DNA of 24,000 bases from positions 1 through 24,000 of the forward strand of contig JAUWJK010000013.1 in assembly GCA_030607735.1 (NCBI GenBank). The letters run 5' to 3'. This document shows positions 1 through 8,115 of this stretch, one piece after another. The position numbers were made by a program, and so were the translations under genes. Under the pieces are notes generated by a model. It was not told where the DNA came from. It saw only the letters and a program-made list of their open reading frames with translations, and did not search any database. Position 1 is the stretch's first letter. The number at the start of each line of letters is the position of its first letter. The stretch is from Candidatus Bathyarchaeota archaeon (GTDB lineage: Archaea; Thermoproteota; Bathyarchaeia; Bathyarchaeales; Bathycorpusculaceae).

Positions 1-378
1 CCCAAACAAAACAACAAACACAACCCCAAACAAAAACTACCGAGTCAAAATGCAGTCACTATTGTGGTTACTTAAAAAGTCGGGACAAATCTGAGGAAAT
101 ACATGGAGAATGTCTTATCTGCGAAAAATTAATCCGATGCTCCAGTGCAAGTAGTTAATTCTTGCAAGATAATATTATTTTAAATAAAATATTTCAAATT
201 TATCGTTTTTTTGAATTCTGCTCCCTTTTTTTTTAAAATAATCTGAATTATAGGCTTTATCTCTATGGTTTAATCAATTTTGAGAATTATGTGATTAACA
301 TTTAGATCTTGAATAACTGTCAGGTATGGTTAAATAAGCTAAAAATGGGGGCTTTCTTGATCTTAGGAATTATTTGAA

Positions 379-1164
379 ATGAAAATTAATCTAAGAAAAA
401 CCAAATTGTTACTTCAAAAGATTAATCTGAGAAAAGTCAAATTGTTATTTCAAAAGACGTTTTTTCTTTATATTATTCTTATTCTTTTGGGTTTAAACAG
501 TTATGTAGGGGAAACATTTGCTGCACAGACTCCATCAAATCAGTCACATTTTGACAGCACATTGACTTTCTCATTATCCATTGGAAATGCCGCTTTACCT
601 GTTCTATGGAGTAGACAAGTACTTGATTCAATATCAATTCCAGAACCTGAACCTATCATGGTACCTTTAGCTACTCCACCGCCTAGCCCGTCACCTACAC
701 CAACACTTATTCCATCACCTACACCAACACTTATTCCATCACCTACACCAACTATAACTCAAGAGCCTGTTATGTTGCTTTCAATTCTTGATGAAAATGA
801 AGAAGCATTAAATGAGATTTTATGGGGAACATTGGTTCCAGGTGGAGAATATAATAGAACTCTAATTCTAAATAATGAGGGAACTGATTCGCTAAATGTA
901 ACTATGAAAGCTGAAAATTGGGTGCCCTTGAAAGCTGAATCGTTTATTTCAGCTTCTTTATATCAGAACTTATCACAAGTTGACTCTCAGGGAGTTTTAA
1001 TTGGTTCATCTGAGAAGATTGAGTTGAAACTATTTTTGAAAATAAATCCGCTAATAATGGAAATAGATGATTTCAAGATGGATTTCGTGTTTATAGCAAC
1101 CCCCCTAGAGAACGTAGAGATAGATGATTCATCAATAGTCATAAAAATTGTGTCAAATTCATAA
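379..1164 (+). CDS. Secreted/cell-surface protein with Pro/Thr/Ser-rich linker followed by a beta-rich (Ig-like or COG1470-like) domain
   Basis: Complete ORF; basic N-terminus followed by hydrophobic segment FFLYIILILLGLNSYVGETFAA; low-complexity PSPTPTLIPSPTPTLIPSPTPT linker; C-terminal domain with NRTLILNNEGTDSLNVTMKAENW pattern. Confidence 0.7.
   Translation: MKINLRKTKLLLQKINLRKVKLLFQKTFFLYIILILLGLNSYVGETFAAQTPSNQSHFDSTLTFSLSIGNAALPVLWSRQVLDSISIPEPEPIMVPLATPPPSPSPTPTLIPSPTPTLIPSPTPTITQEPVMLLSILDENEEALNEILWGTLVPGGEYNRTLILNNEGTDSLNVTMKAENWVPLKAESFISASLYQNLSQVDSQGVLIGSSEKIELKLFLKINPLIMEIDDFKMDFVFIATPLENVEIDDSSIVIKIVSNS
385..456 (+). repeat. 36-bp tandem duplication within the N-terminal coding sequence (32/36 identical), encoding KINLRKTKLLLQ / KINLRKVKLLFQ type units
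   Basis: attaatctaagaaaaaccaaattgttacttcaaaag (385-420) followed directly by attaatctgagaaaagtcaaattgttatttcaaaag (421-456). Confidence 0.85.
691..752 (+). repeat. 24-bp perfect tandem repeat (about 2.6 copies) encoding SPTPTLIP units
   Basis: tcacctacaccaacacttattcca repeated at 691-714 and 715-738, partial copy at 739-752. Confidence 0.85.
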
Positions 1165-1267
1165 AGCAAGTCTATAATCAAAGAATTTAGTGGATTTAGA
1201 GCTCTAAAGAATTATTGAGGATTTAGTTTTTTAGAAAAAAATTATAATAATTAATTATAAATGGGAT

Positions 1268-2224
1268 TTAGTTTTTTTTGGGTTTCACAGAAACAGTTTC
1301 TTTTCTTATTACTACATATGGTTCTTTTTGTTTGTTTCTAAGGTAGATAATCAACCCAATTAGGCTTACAAGAATAATTATGAAAACTATCATAAGGTTT
1401 CTATCGATATCAAGTGAGTTTTTGGAAACGCTTATTTCTTGGTCAAGGAGATCGATTTCTTGGTTAAGGATAGTAATTTCTTGTTCCAGTTCTGTGTTTG
1501 TTTGGTTTAGGGAAGTGTAGTTGTTATTTAGTGATACATAGCTTTCTTGAATATTAGTGATGTTTGTGTTTAATGAAGCATATTCTGATTCAAGTAATTT
1601 ATTGATATCAATTTGATCTCGATAGTCTGAGTATAAGTTGTTGTAGTTCGAATTTAAATTATCCTTTTGTTTTATGAGGTCGTAGTAAGTTTGATTTAGA
1701 GATTCATATAATATCAAATTATTACCAATTTCTGTTAGTAATAAATTGTAGTCGATTAACAGTTCGCTAAAGGTGATTGTATGTACGTGAGTAGTATAAA
1801 ATGATGTGAAAAAATAATCTGTGTCTTGATTTGTTTTTGCATAGAGAGTGCAGTAGAGTCTTTCAAAGGTGTCTTGAGGTATTGTGAAGTTAATTTGGTT
1901 TGTTAGAGTATTATTATTGTTTAGGTCTAATTTCCAAGAGAATAATGCTAGGTTTGTTATTTCTTGTTGTGTTTGATTAACTGTGCCATAGATGGTTAAG
2001 GTTAAATTGCTTATAGTAAGATCCGCTTGAGAGGTTATGGTTACGTTGTGATAGATCTCCTCTGTTGGATGAGCTTCTTCAGGATAATCAAGATTAACTG
2101 TTAGTCCAACACCATGAAAAGCAAGTGATGAAGTAGATATGGCTAAAGTTCCACTTAATAATAAAGAATTAAGCAGCACCACAAGCAGGAAATAGCGAAT
2201 TCTATTTTTCAGCATTCGTTTCAT
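1268..2224 (-). CDS. Membrane-anchored extracellular coiled-coil protein (signal peptide, beta-type domain, long coiled coil, C-terminal TM helix and short basic tail)
   Basis: Complete ORF; N-terminal YFLLVVLLNSLLLSGTLA; heptad-like LNSNYNNLYSDYRDQIDINKLLESEYASLNTNITNIQESY...LEQEITILNQEIDLLDQEI; TM LMIVFIIILVSLIGLIIYL; tail RNKQKEPYVVIRKETVSVKPKKN. Confidence 0.75.
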   Translation of the reverse strand: MKRMLKNRIRYFLLVVLLNSLLLSGTLAISTSSLAFHGVGLTVNLDYPEEAHPTEEIYHNVTITSQADLTISNLTLTIYGTVNQTQQEITNLALFSWKLDLNNNNTLTNQINFTIPQDTFERLYCTLYAKTNQDTDYFFTSFYTTHVHTITFSELLIDYNLLLTEIGNNLILYESLNQTYYDLIKQKDNLNSNYNNLYSDYRDQIDINKLLESEYASLNTNITNIQESYVSLNNNYTSLNQTNTELEQEITILNQEIDLLDQEISVSKNSLDIDRNLMIVFIIILVSLIGLIIYLRNKQKEPYVVIRKETVSVKPKKN

Positions 2225-2545
2225 GTAAACCTATTTCAGTGGAACAATTTATTTTTAACTACTTCATAATCATAATTGGTTCTAGGAATAACAGTTGGTT
2301 TTCTGGAGTTGATGACTGTATTTGTGTTTTATTATAAAAATTGTTTTTATTCATTAAAAATGTCGCGTTTTTATGATACAAGTTTGTTTTAATAAATAAT
2401 TTTTTAATTTTTTGTTTTATGGTTAGCTATTACGGATTTTATTATAAATCGAAAATGTTTACCTGGATATATGAATATAGTAAAATAGGTGTTTTCAACA
2501 ATGTTTGCTTGCTTTTATGTTAAAAAAAGGTTAAGAGGTTCATTT

Positions 2546-2572
2546 TTTGTCCGATTTTGTCCGGTTTATAAG
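2546..2572 (+). promoter_or_regulatory. Candidate regulatory element upstream of hcp: two direct 10-bp-spaced repeats abutting a TATA-like sequence
   Basis: TTTTGTCCGa-TTTTGTCCGg-TTTATAAgg; about 190 nt upstream of ATG 2761. Confidence 0.35.
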
Positions 2573-2760
2573 GTTTTTTTGTTGTTGTTTAGGGTTTGTT
2601 TTCTTCTATTTTAGAATGGATTCTTGTATGTTTTTTGGGCAATATTAGTTTGTCATTTTTTGGCGAGGCAATTATTATGGTTGTGGAATAGTTTAGGAAA
2701 GTTATTTACGCAAATAGGGTCTATTGAGATTGTGTGGTGTTTTGGTTGATTCAAGATCAA

Positions 2761-4422
2761 ATGTTTTGTTATCAGTGTGAGCAAACTGTTGGGGGAAGGG
2801 CTTGCACAACTTTTGGAGTTTGTGGAAAAAACCCTGAGGTGAGTTCGCTTCAGGACTTGTTGATTTACATGCTCAGGGGATTATCTCAGTTAGCCTTAGA
2901 AGGGAGAAAAGTAGGTGTTAAAGATGAGCAACTTGGCCTGTTTATTTGTGAGTCAGCTTTTATTACATTAACAAATGTGAACTTTGACCCAGATACGCTA
3001 ATAGAATACATAAACAAGTCAGCAAGGCTTCGTGATGGCCTGCTTGAAAAAGTGCAATCAAAGGGTGGATATATAGATTTTCATGGTCCAGTTGACTTGG
3101 TCCTTGAGAAGACAGAGCAGGGCTTAATTAGACAAGGAAAACATGTTGGAGTGAATGCTGATTCCTCGGTTGATCCTGATTTGAAAGGGCTTCACTGGCT
3201 ATTGATTTATGGATTAAAAGGAGTAGCAGCGTATGCGTATCATGCTTACCGCTTTGGTAAAAAGGATGATAGGGTTTTTGAGTTTATTGAGCAGGGTTTT
3301 GCAGCAACGTTAGATAAAACCTTGGGTATTAATGATTTTGTAGATCTTGCCTTAAAGTGTGGTGAAATCAACATTCGAGCCATGGAACTCTTGGATGCTG
3401 GAAACACAGAAAGATATGGTCATCCAGTTCCTACAAAGGTTCCTTTGGGCCACAAGAGCGGTAAAGCAATTTTAGTGTCAGGTCATGACCTAAAAGATTT
3501 AGAAGAAGTTCTTAAACAAAGTGAAGGCAAGGGCATTTATGTTTACACGCATGGAGAAATGCTTCCAGCACATGGCTATCCTAACCTAAAGAAGTATTCT
3601 CATCTCTATGGTCATTTTGGAACAGCTTGGCAAAATCAACAAAAAGAATTTATGAATTTTCCAGGAGCAATCCTGATGACCACCAACTGTATTCAAAAAC
3701 CTAAAGATAGCTACAAAGTAAATCTATTCACTTCGGGTCCTGTAGGCTGGCCAGATGTGGCTCATATCAAATGTTCTCCTATGGATTGTTGTGACTTTTC
3801 AGCTGTTATAGACAAAGCTTTGGAAATGCCTGGATTTAGCCAAGATGAAAGGAACAAGACTGTAAATGTTGGTTTTGGTAGAAATGCTGTTCTTTTATTA
3901 AAAGATGATATAACCGAATCAATTATGAAAGGGCACATTAACTCTTTCTTTCTTGTCGCGGGATGTGACGGGGCAAAACCAGGACGTAACTACTATACTG
4001 AGTTTGTTGAGAAAGCCCCCAAGGATTCTATAATACTGACTTTGGCTTGTGGAAAATTTCGGTTCTTCGATAAAGATCTAGGAGAGATTGATGGTATTCC
4101 AAGATTGTTAGATATAGGACAGTGTAATGATGCTTACTCTGCGGTAAAAATTGCACAAGCTTTTGGAGAAATCTTCCAAGTTGAAATAAGCGAATTACCT
4201 TTGTTTTTTATACTTTCATGGTATGAACAAAAGGCTGTAGCTATTTTGCTGTCTCTTTTCTATTTAGGTGTGAAAAATATTCGCTTAGGACCAAGCCTAC
4301 CTGCGTTTATCACTCCTAATATTCTAAATGTCTTAGTTGAAAAGTTTAATATAATGCCATTAAAAACCCCTGAGGAAGATCTAAAAGCGATTATCGATTA
4401 TGTCACAGGTGTTGACGCTTAA
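2761..4422 (+). CDS. hcp: Hybrid-cluster protein (hydroxylamine reductase), class I-type
   Basis: Track ORF starts at GTG 2734, but the conserved N-terminus MFCYQCEQT starts at ATG 2761. N-terminal Cys motif C-x2-C-x8-C-x5-C (CYQCEQTVGGRACTTFGVC). Family-typical segments YTHGEMLPAHGYP, GTAWQNQQKEF, TNCIQKP, FLVAGCDGAKPGRNYYTEF, LACGKFRF, LPLFFILSWYEQKAVAILLSLFYLGVKNIRLGPSLPAF. Confidence 0.97.
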   Translation: MFCYQCEQTVGGRACTTFGVCGKNPEVSSLQDLLIYMLRGLSQLALEGRKVGVKDEQLGLFICESAFITLTNVNFDPDTLIEYINKSARLRDGLLEKVQSKGGYIDFHGPVDLVLEKTEQGLIRQGKHVGVNADSSVDPDLKGLHWLLIYGLKGVAAYAYHAYRFGKKDDRVFEFIEQGFAATLDKTLGINDFVDLALKCGEINIRAMELLDAGNTERYGHPVPTKVPLGHKSGKAILVSGHDLKDLEEVLKQSEGKGIYVYTHGEMLPAHGYPNLKKYSHLYGHFGTAWQNQQKEFMNFPGAILMTTNCIQKPKDSYKVNLFTSGPVGWPDVAHIKCSPMDCCDFSAVIDKALEMPGFSQDERNKTVNVGFGRNAVLLLKDDITESIMKGHINSFFLVAGCDGAKPGRNYYTEFVEKAPKDSIILTLACGKFRFFDKDLGEIDGIPRLLDIGQCNDAYSAVKIAQAFGEIFQVEISELPLFFILSWYEQKAVAILLSLFYLGVKNIRLGPSLPAFITPNILNVLVEKFNIMPLKTPEEDLKAIIDYVTGVDA

Positions 4423-4597
4423 ACCATCAAAAGCTCTCCTATGAACCAAACGTTCTGCTGAAGGTTTTAAAAAAAAGAAGTTGCTGTAAATCGTTTTTAG
4501 TGTAGGTCACGTGAAATTAACGGTAAGATTAAAAGAGCCTTAAATTATTAATTAAAAATGATATAGGAGTTGGTTTGAAATTTCTTGGTTAAAAGCT

Positions 4598-5020
4598 ATG
4601 AGGGAGAAAGAACCACCACAACCAGTTAACCCTATTGGAATTATTGCAATAGGTACTCTTAAACCTGATATTATGACCTCTGCTAAAGAGATGGTCAGAA
4701 AATCGCTTAAACTCGCGCAGTTTAAAACTGTTGATGTTGGGCGAGGGGTTACTCCAACAACTTTTGTTTCAAAGGCGAAAGAGGCAAAAGCTGACATTAT
4801 AGTAGTCTCTGTTTTGCTTTCAGCTGCTAAGGCGAATCTTCCAGCGTTAGTTTCTGCATTAGAGCTTGAAGGGTTAAAGGGTAAAATCGCAGTAATTATT
4901 GGGGGTGCGGCAGTGACGAAAGAGGATGCTAACAAGATAGGTGCATTGTTTGGTAAAACAAGGGAAGAGGCTGTAGTTTTAGCAAAGAAAGCAATGGAAC
5001 AAAAACTAAACAGAACCTAA
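4598..5020 (+). CDS. Cobalamin (B12)-binding-domain-like protein, divergent and lacking the canonical DxHxxG motif
   Basis: 140 aa ORF. Rossmann-like alternation and conserved C-terminal half (VDVGRGVTPTTFVSKAKEAKADIIVVSVLLSAAKANLPALVSALELEGLKGKIAVIIGGAAVTKEDANKIGA) resemble methyltransferase cognate corrinoid proteins, but the usual GTVxGDxHDIGKN is GTLKPDIMTSAKE. Confidence 0.8.
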   Translation: MREKEPPQPVNPIGIIAIGTLKPDIMTSAKEMVRKSLKLAQFKTVDVGRGVTPTTFVSKAKEAKADIIVVSVLLSAAKANLPALVSALELEGLKGKIAVIIGGAAVTKEDANKIGALFGKTREEAVVLAKKAMEQKLNRT

Positions 5021-5239
5021 TAATTCCAGCAATTGTGGTTTTGTAAATTTTAGTTTTTTTTAGAGTTCGATCAATTTCTATTGGTTTTTTTGGAAAAATT
5101 GGAAATCATGTTTTGTATTATTGTTTAAACACGTTTTATGCAATAGAGACATGCTTCAAGCACATTGTCAAAAACAAAAAGAGTTAAAGACTGTAGGGTA
5201 AAATAAGTAGAAGCGCTTTGGACATTGAAATAGTACTTT

Positions 5240-7831
5240 TTATTTATTTTTAAATACTAGTTCACCGTTCTTCTCATCGACTACAATTACCGAGTTTTTA
5301 TCGACTTTTTCTTCTAGAATCATTTTTGACAATTCGTTCAACACAGTTCTTTGAATAACACGTTTTATTGGCCTGGCACCAAACTGAGGATCATAACCAA
5401 TAGTGGCAATATATTCCACGGCTTTCTTAGTGAGCGTCAATTTGATGCTACTCTGTTCAAGCAGTGTCTGGATGTTTTTTAGTTGAAGTTCTACTATTTT
5501 TTGCACTTCCTCCCGCGTCAACGGTTGAAACATGATTATCTCATCGATGCGATTCAGGAATTCTGGCTTAATGCTTTTTTTCAACAAATCAAAGACCTGT
5601 TTTCGTGTTTGATTTAAGATTTCTTCGCGGTTTTGCTCATTTAGTTTTTCCAGGTTTTCTTGAATTATGTAAGAACCGATGTTTGAGGTCATTATAATTA
5701 TGGTATTTTTGAAATCCACGCTCCGACCCTTGTTATCAGTCAATCTACCATCGTCAAGCACCTGTAGCAATATATTGAAAACATCTGGATGTGCCTTTTC
5801 AATCTCGTCGAAAAGTACTATAGAATAAGGTTTTCTCCTAACAGCTTCGGTTAGCTGTCCACTTTCTTCATAACCTATGTATCCAGGAGGTGCACCAATG
5901 AGTCTTGAAACAGTATGCCGTTCCTGATATTCAGACATATCAATTCTAACCATGTTATTTTCGTTGTTGAATAGGAATTCAGCTAGAGCTTTTGCTAATT
6001 CGGTTTTTCCAATCCCTGTAGTACCTAAGAAGATAAAAGATCCGATTGGTCGTTTGGGGTCCTGCAAACCTACACGGTTTCTCCTAATAGCATCCGATAC
6101 GGCCTTGATTGCTTCTTCTTGTCCGACAACTCGCATATGAAGTTCTGTTTCTATGTTAAGCAATTTCTGTTTTTCATTCTGGAGCATTCGGCTAACTGGG
6201 ATATGTGTCCAGTGGGAAACTACTTCAGCGATCTCTTCAGCATCGACTTCTTCATTAATCATAGCTGATTCTTTTTGCAACGCTGACAGTTTTTTCTTTA
6301 GAATTTCAATTGTTTTTTCTGCTTCTGGAATTTTGCCGTAGCGAATTTCTGCAAGTTTTCCAAGATCACCAATGCGGTATGCGCCCTCATCTTCAAATTT
6401 AAGTTGTTCGATTTCATTCTTTTTTATCTGAATCTGTTCAACTACATCTTTTTCAGATTGCCATTTAGCTCTCATCTGAGTGCTGTCTTCACGAAGACGC
6501 GCGATCTCTTCATTAAGTGATTTAAGTTTCACTTCATCTTTCTCACGTTTAATGGCTTCTCGTTCAATCTCTAATTGGCGAATCTTTCGGTCTATTATTT
6601 CAAGTTCTTCAGGAGAAGAATTAATTTCAAGTCGAAGTTTAGCGGCTGCCTCATCAATCAAATCGATTGCTTTGTCCGGAAGGAAACGATCGGAAATATA
6701 TCTCTGTGAAAGTTCAACAGCGGCAATTATTGCTTCATCCTTTATCCTAACGTGATGATATGTTTCATAACGCTCTTTCAAACCTCGAAGAATAGATATA
6801 GCATCCAATGTATCTGGTTCATCGACCATAACTGGTTGGAACCGCCTTTCAAGAGCTTTGTCTTTTTCAAAATATTTCTGGTACTCCCTTAGAGTAGTGG
6901 CACCGATTGCACGTAATTCTCCCCTAGCCAGAGCGGGTTTTAGAATGTTAGCTGCATCCATTGCTCCTTCACTAGCACCAGCTCCAACGAGGGTATGAAT
7001 CTCATCGATAAATAGCACTATTTCGCCCTCAGCTGAAATAACTTCCTTGACAACGCTTTTCAATCGCTCTTCAAATTCACCTTTGTATTTTGCACCGGCT
7101 ATTAGAGCGCCCATATCTAGTGAATAAATTTGCTTTGATTTCAGAGTCTCTGGTACATCTCCATCCACTATACGGTGAGCAAGCCCCTCTGCGATTGCGG
7201 TTTTTCCAACACCCGGCTCTCCGATTAGAACCGGATTATTTTTTGTTCTTCGCGATAGGATTTGAAGGACCCTTCGTATCTCCTCGTCGCGACCAATGAC
7301 AGGATCAAGTTTTCCCATTCTAGCCCTGTCATTCAGATTCAACGCATATTTATTCAACGCATTATAGGTCTCTTCAGCAGTTTGAGAATTGACAGTTGAT
7401 CCTTTCCGCAATTGCTTGATTGCTATCCTCAAATCCTTTTTGGAGACTCCGTTATTCTCGAGTAATCTTGAAGCAGCATCCTTCAAAGTTAAGATTCCCA
7501 ACAATAAATGCTCAATAGAAATAAACTCATCCTTGAATTCTGAAGCTATCTCTAACGCCTTCTGAAGGGCTCGATTAGAATTAGAGGAGAGATATTGTTG
7601 TCCACCACTAACCTTAGGTAAGAAATCAATTTGCTTATCAAGCTCTTTTGAAAAAACATCAAGGTTTACATTCAATTTCCCCAATAAATAGGGAGCCACA
7701 TTTTCATCAACCGTCAATATGCCCTTCAATAAATGTAGGGGTTCAACTGATTGATTCCGTTTTGCCGTAGCAATTTCCGTGGCTTTTTGAATGGCTTCTT
7801 GCGATTTAATGGTAAAATTGTTTAAGCTCAT
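5240..7831 (-). CDS. clpB: ClpB-type AAA+ disaggregase (Clp_N, two AAA+ modules, coiled-coil middle domain)
   Basis: 863 aa. Walker A motifs GEPGVGKT and GTTGIGKTE; [14 protein letters not shown]; [10 protein letters not shown]-like [30 protein letters not shown]; middle domain; [69 protein letters not shown]; [12 protein letters not shown]. Confidence 0.98.
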   Translation of the reverse strand: MSLNNFTIKSQEAIQKATEIATAKRNQSVEPLHLLKGILTVDENVAPYLLGKLNVNLDVFSKELDKQIDFLPKVSGGQQYLSSNSNRALQKALEIASEFKDEFISIEHLLLGILTLKDAASRLLENNGVSKKDLRIAIKQLRKGSTVNSQTAEETYNALNKYALNLNDRARMGKLDPVIGRDEEIRRVLQILSRRTKNNPVLIGEPGVGKTAIAEGLAHRIVDGDVPETLKSKQIYSLDMGALIAGAKYKGEFEERLKSVVKEVISAEGEIVLFIDEIHTLVGAGASEGAMDAANILKPALARGELRAIGATTLREYQKYFEKDKALERRFQPVMVDEPDTLDAISILRGLKERYETYHHVRIKDEAIIAAVELSQRYISDRFLPDKAIDLIDEAAAKLRLEINSSPEELEIIDRKIRQLEIEREAIKREKDEVKLKSLNEEIARLREDSTQMRAKWQSEKDVVEQIQIKKNEIEQLKFEDEGAYRIGDLGKLAEIRYGKIPEAEKTIEILKKKLSALQKESAMINEEVDAEEIAEVVSHWTHIPVSRMLQNEKQKLLNIETELHMRVVGQEEAIKAVSDAIRRNRVGLQDPKRPIGSFIFLGTTGIGKTELAKALAEFLFNNENNMVRIDMSEYQERHTVSRLIGAPPGYIGYEESGQLTEAVRRKPYSIVLFDEIEKAHPDVFNILLQVLDDGRLTDNKGRSVDFKNTIIIMTSNIGSYIIQENLEKLNEQNREEILNQTRKQVFDLLKKSIKPEFLNRIDEIIMFQPLTREEVQKIVELQLKNIQTLLEQSSIKLTLTKKAVEYIATIGYDPQFGARPIKRVIQRTVLNELSKMILEEKVDKNSVIVVDEKNGELVFKNK

Positions 7832-7898
7832 TTATGATATCCTTCTTTGCCGAGTATTATTGAATTTAATTATGAGTGATACTCTGCAGTAAAACAAA

Positions 7899-7921
7899 TA
7901 CTTTCATACTATTATAAAGTA
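7899..7921 (-). promoter_or_regulatory. Candidate clpB promoter/operator: TATA-like element inside an inverted repeat
   Basis: Plus strand TACTTTCATACTATTATAAAGTA; minus strand TACTTT-ataatagtatg-AAAGTA contains TTTATAA, about 80 nt upstream of the clpB start. Confidence 0.35.
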
Positions 7922-7943
7922 GGTAGTTGGGAAGTAGAATACG

Positions 7944-7997
7944 TAGTTGCTGGCAGTCGTAGCAGTGCGCGGCGCAGAATTTAGTGCCAACCAACTA
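7944..7997. other. Possible structured RNA or terminator: GC-rich, base-pairing element in an otherwise AT-rich intergenic region
   Basis: TAGTTG(7944-7949)-C-TGGCA(7951-7955) pairs with TGCCA(7985-7989)-AC-CAACTA(7992-7997), enclosing the hairpin TGCG-CGG-CGCA (7966-7976). Confidence 0.35.
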
Positions 7998-8115
7998 ATC
8001 ATGAGCACTTTGCAGCTCCACGTTTTTAACCTGTAAGTTTTTACAAATGGCTCTACAATAGAAAAGTCTGGTTACTGAGGTTATCAAGTAATATAATCCC
8101 AAATAACTAAAGGCG

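Noticed and set aside
4552-4935. 127-aa minus-strand ORF
   Set aside because: Overlaps antisense to the corrinoid-like gene; Ala/Ser-rich shadow composition. The plus-strand protein has clear family similarity.
5952-7299. Four ORFs of 62-91 aa on the plus strand (5952, 6153, 6480, 7090)
   Set aside because: All lie fully antisense to the strongly supported clpB gene, have low-complexity Ser/Arg composition and no recognisable motif; typical shadow ORFs.
7930-8060. Possible tRNA in the GC-rich patch
   Set aside because: No T-loop GGTTCGAAT, no acceptor stem pairing of 7 bp and no anticodon arm layout; kept only as an unclassified structured element.
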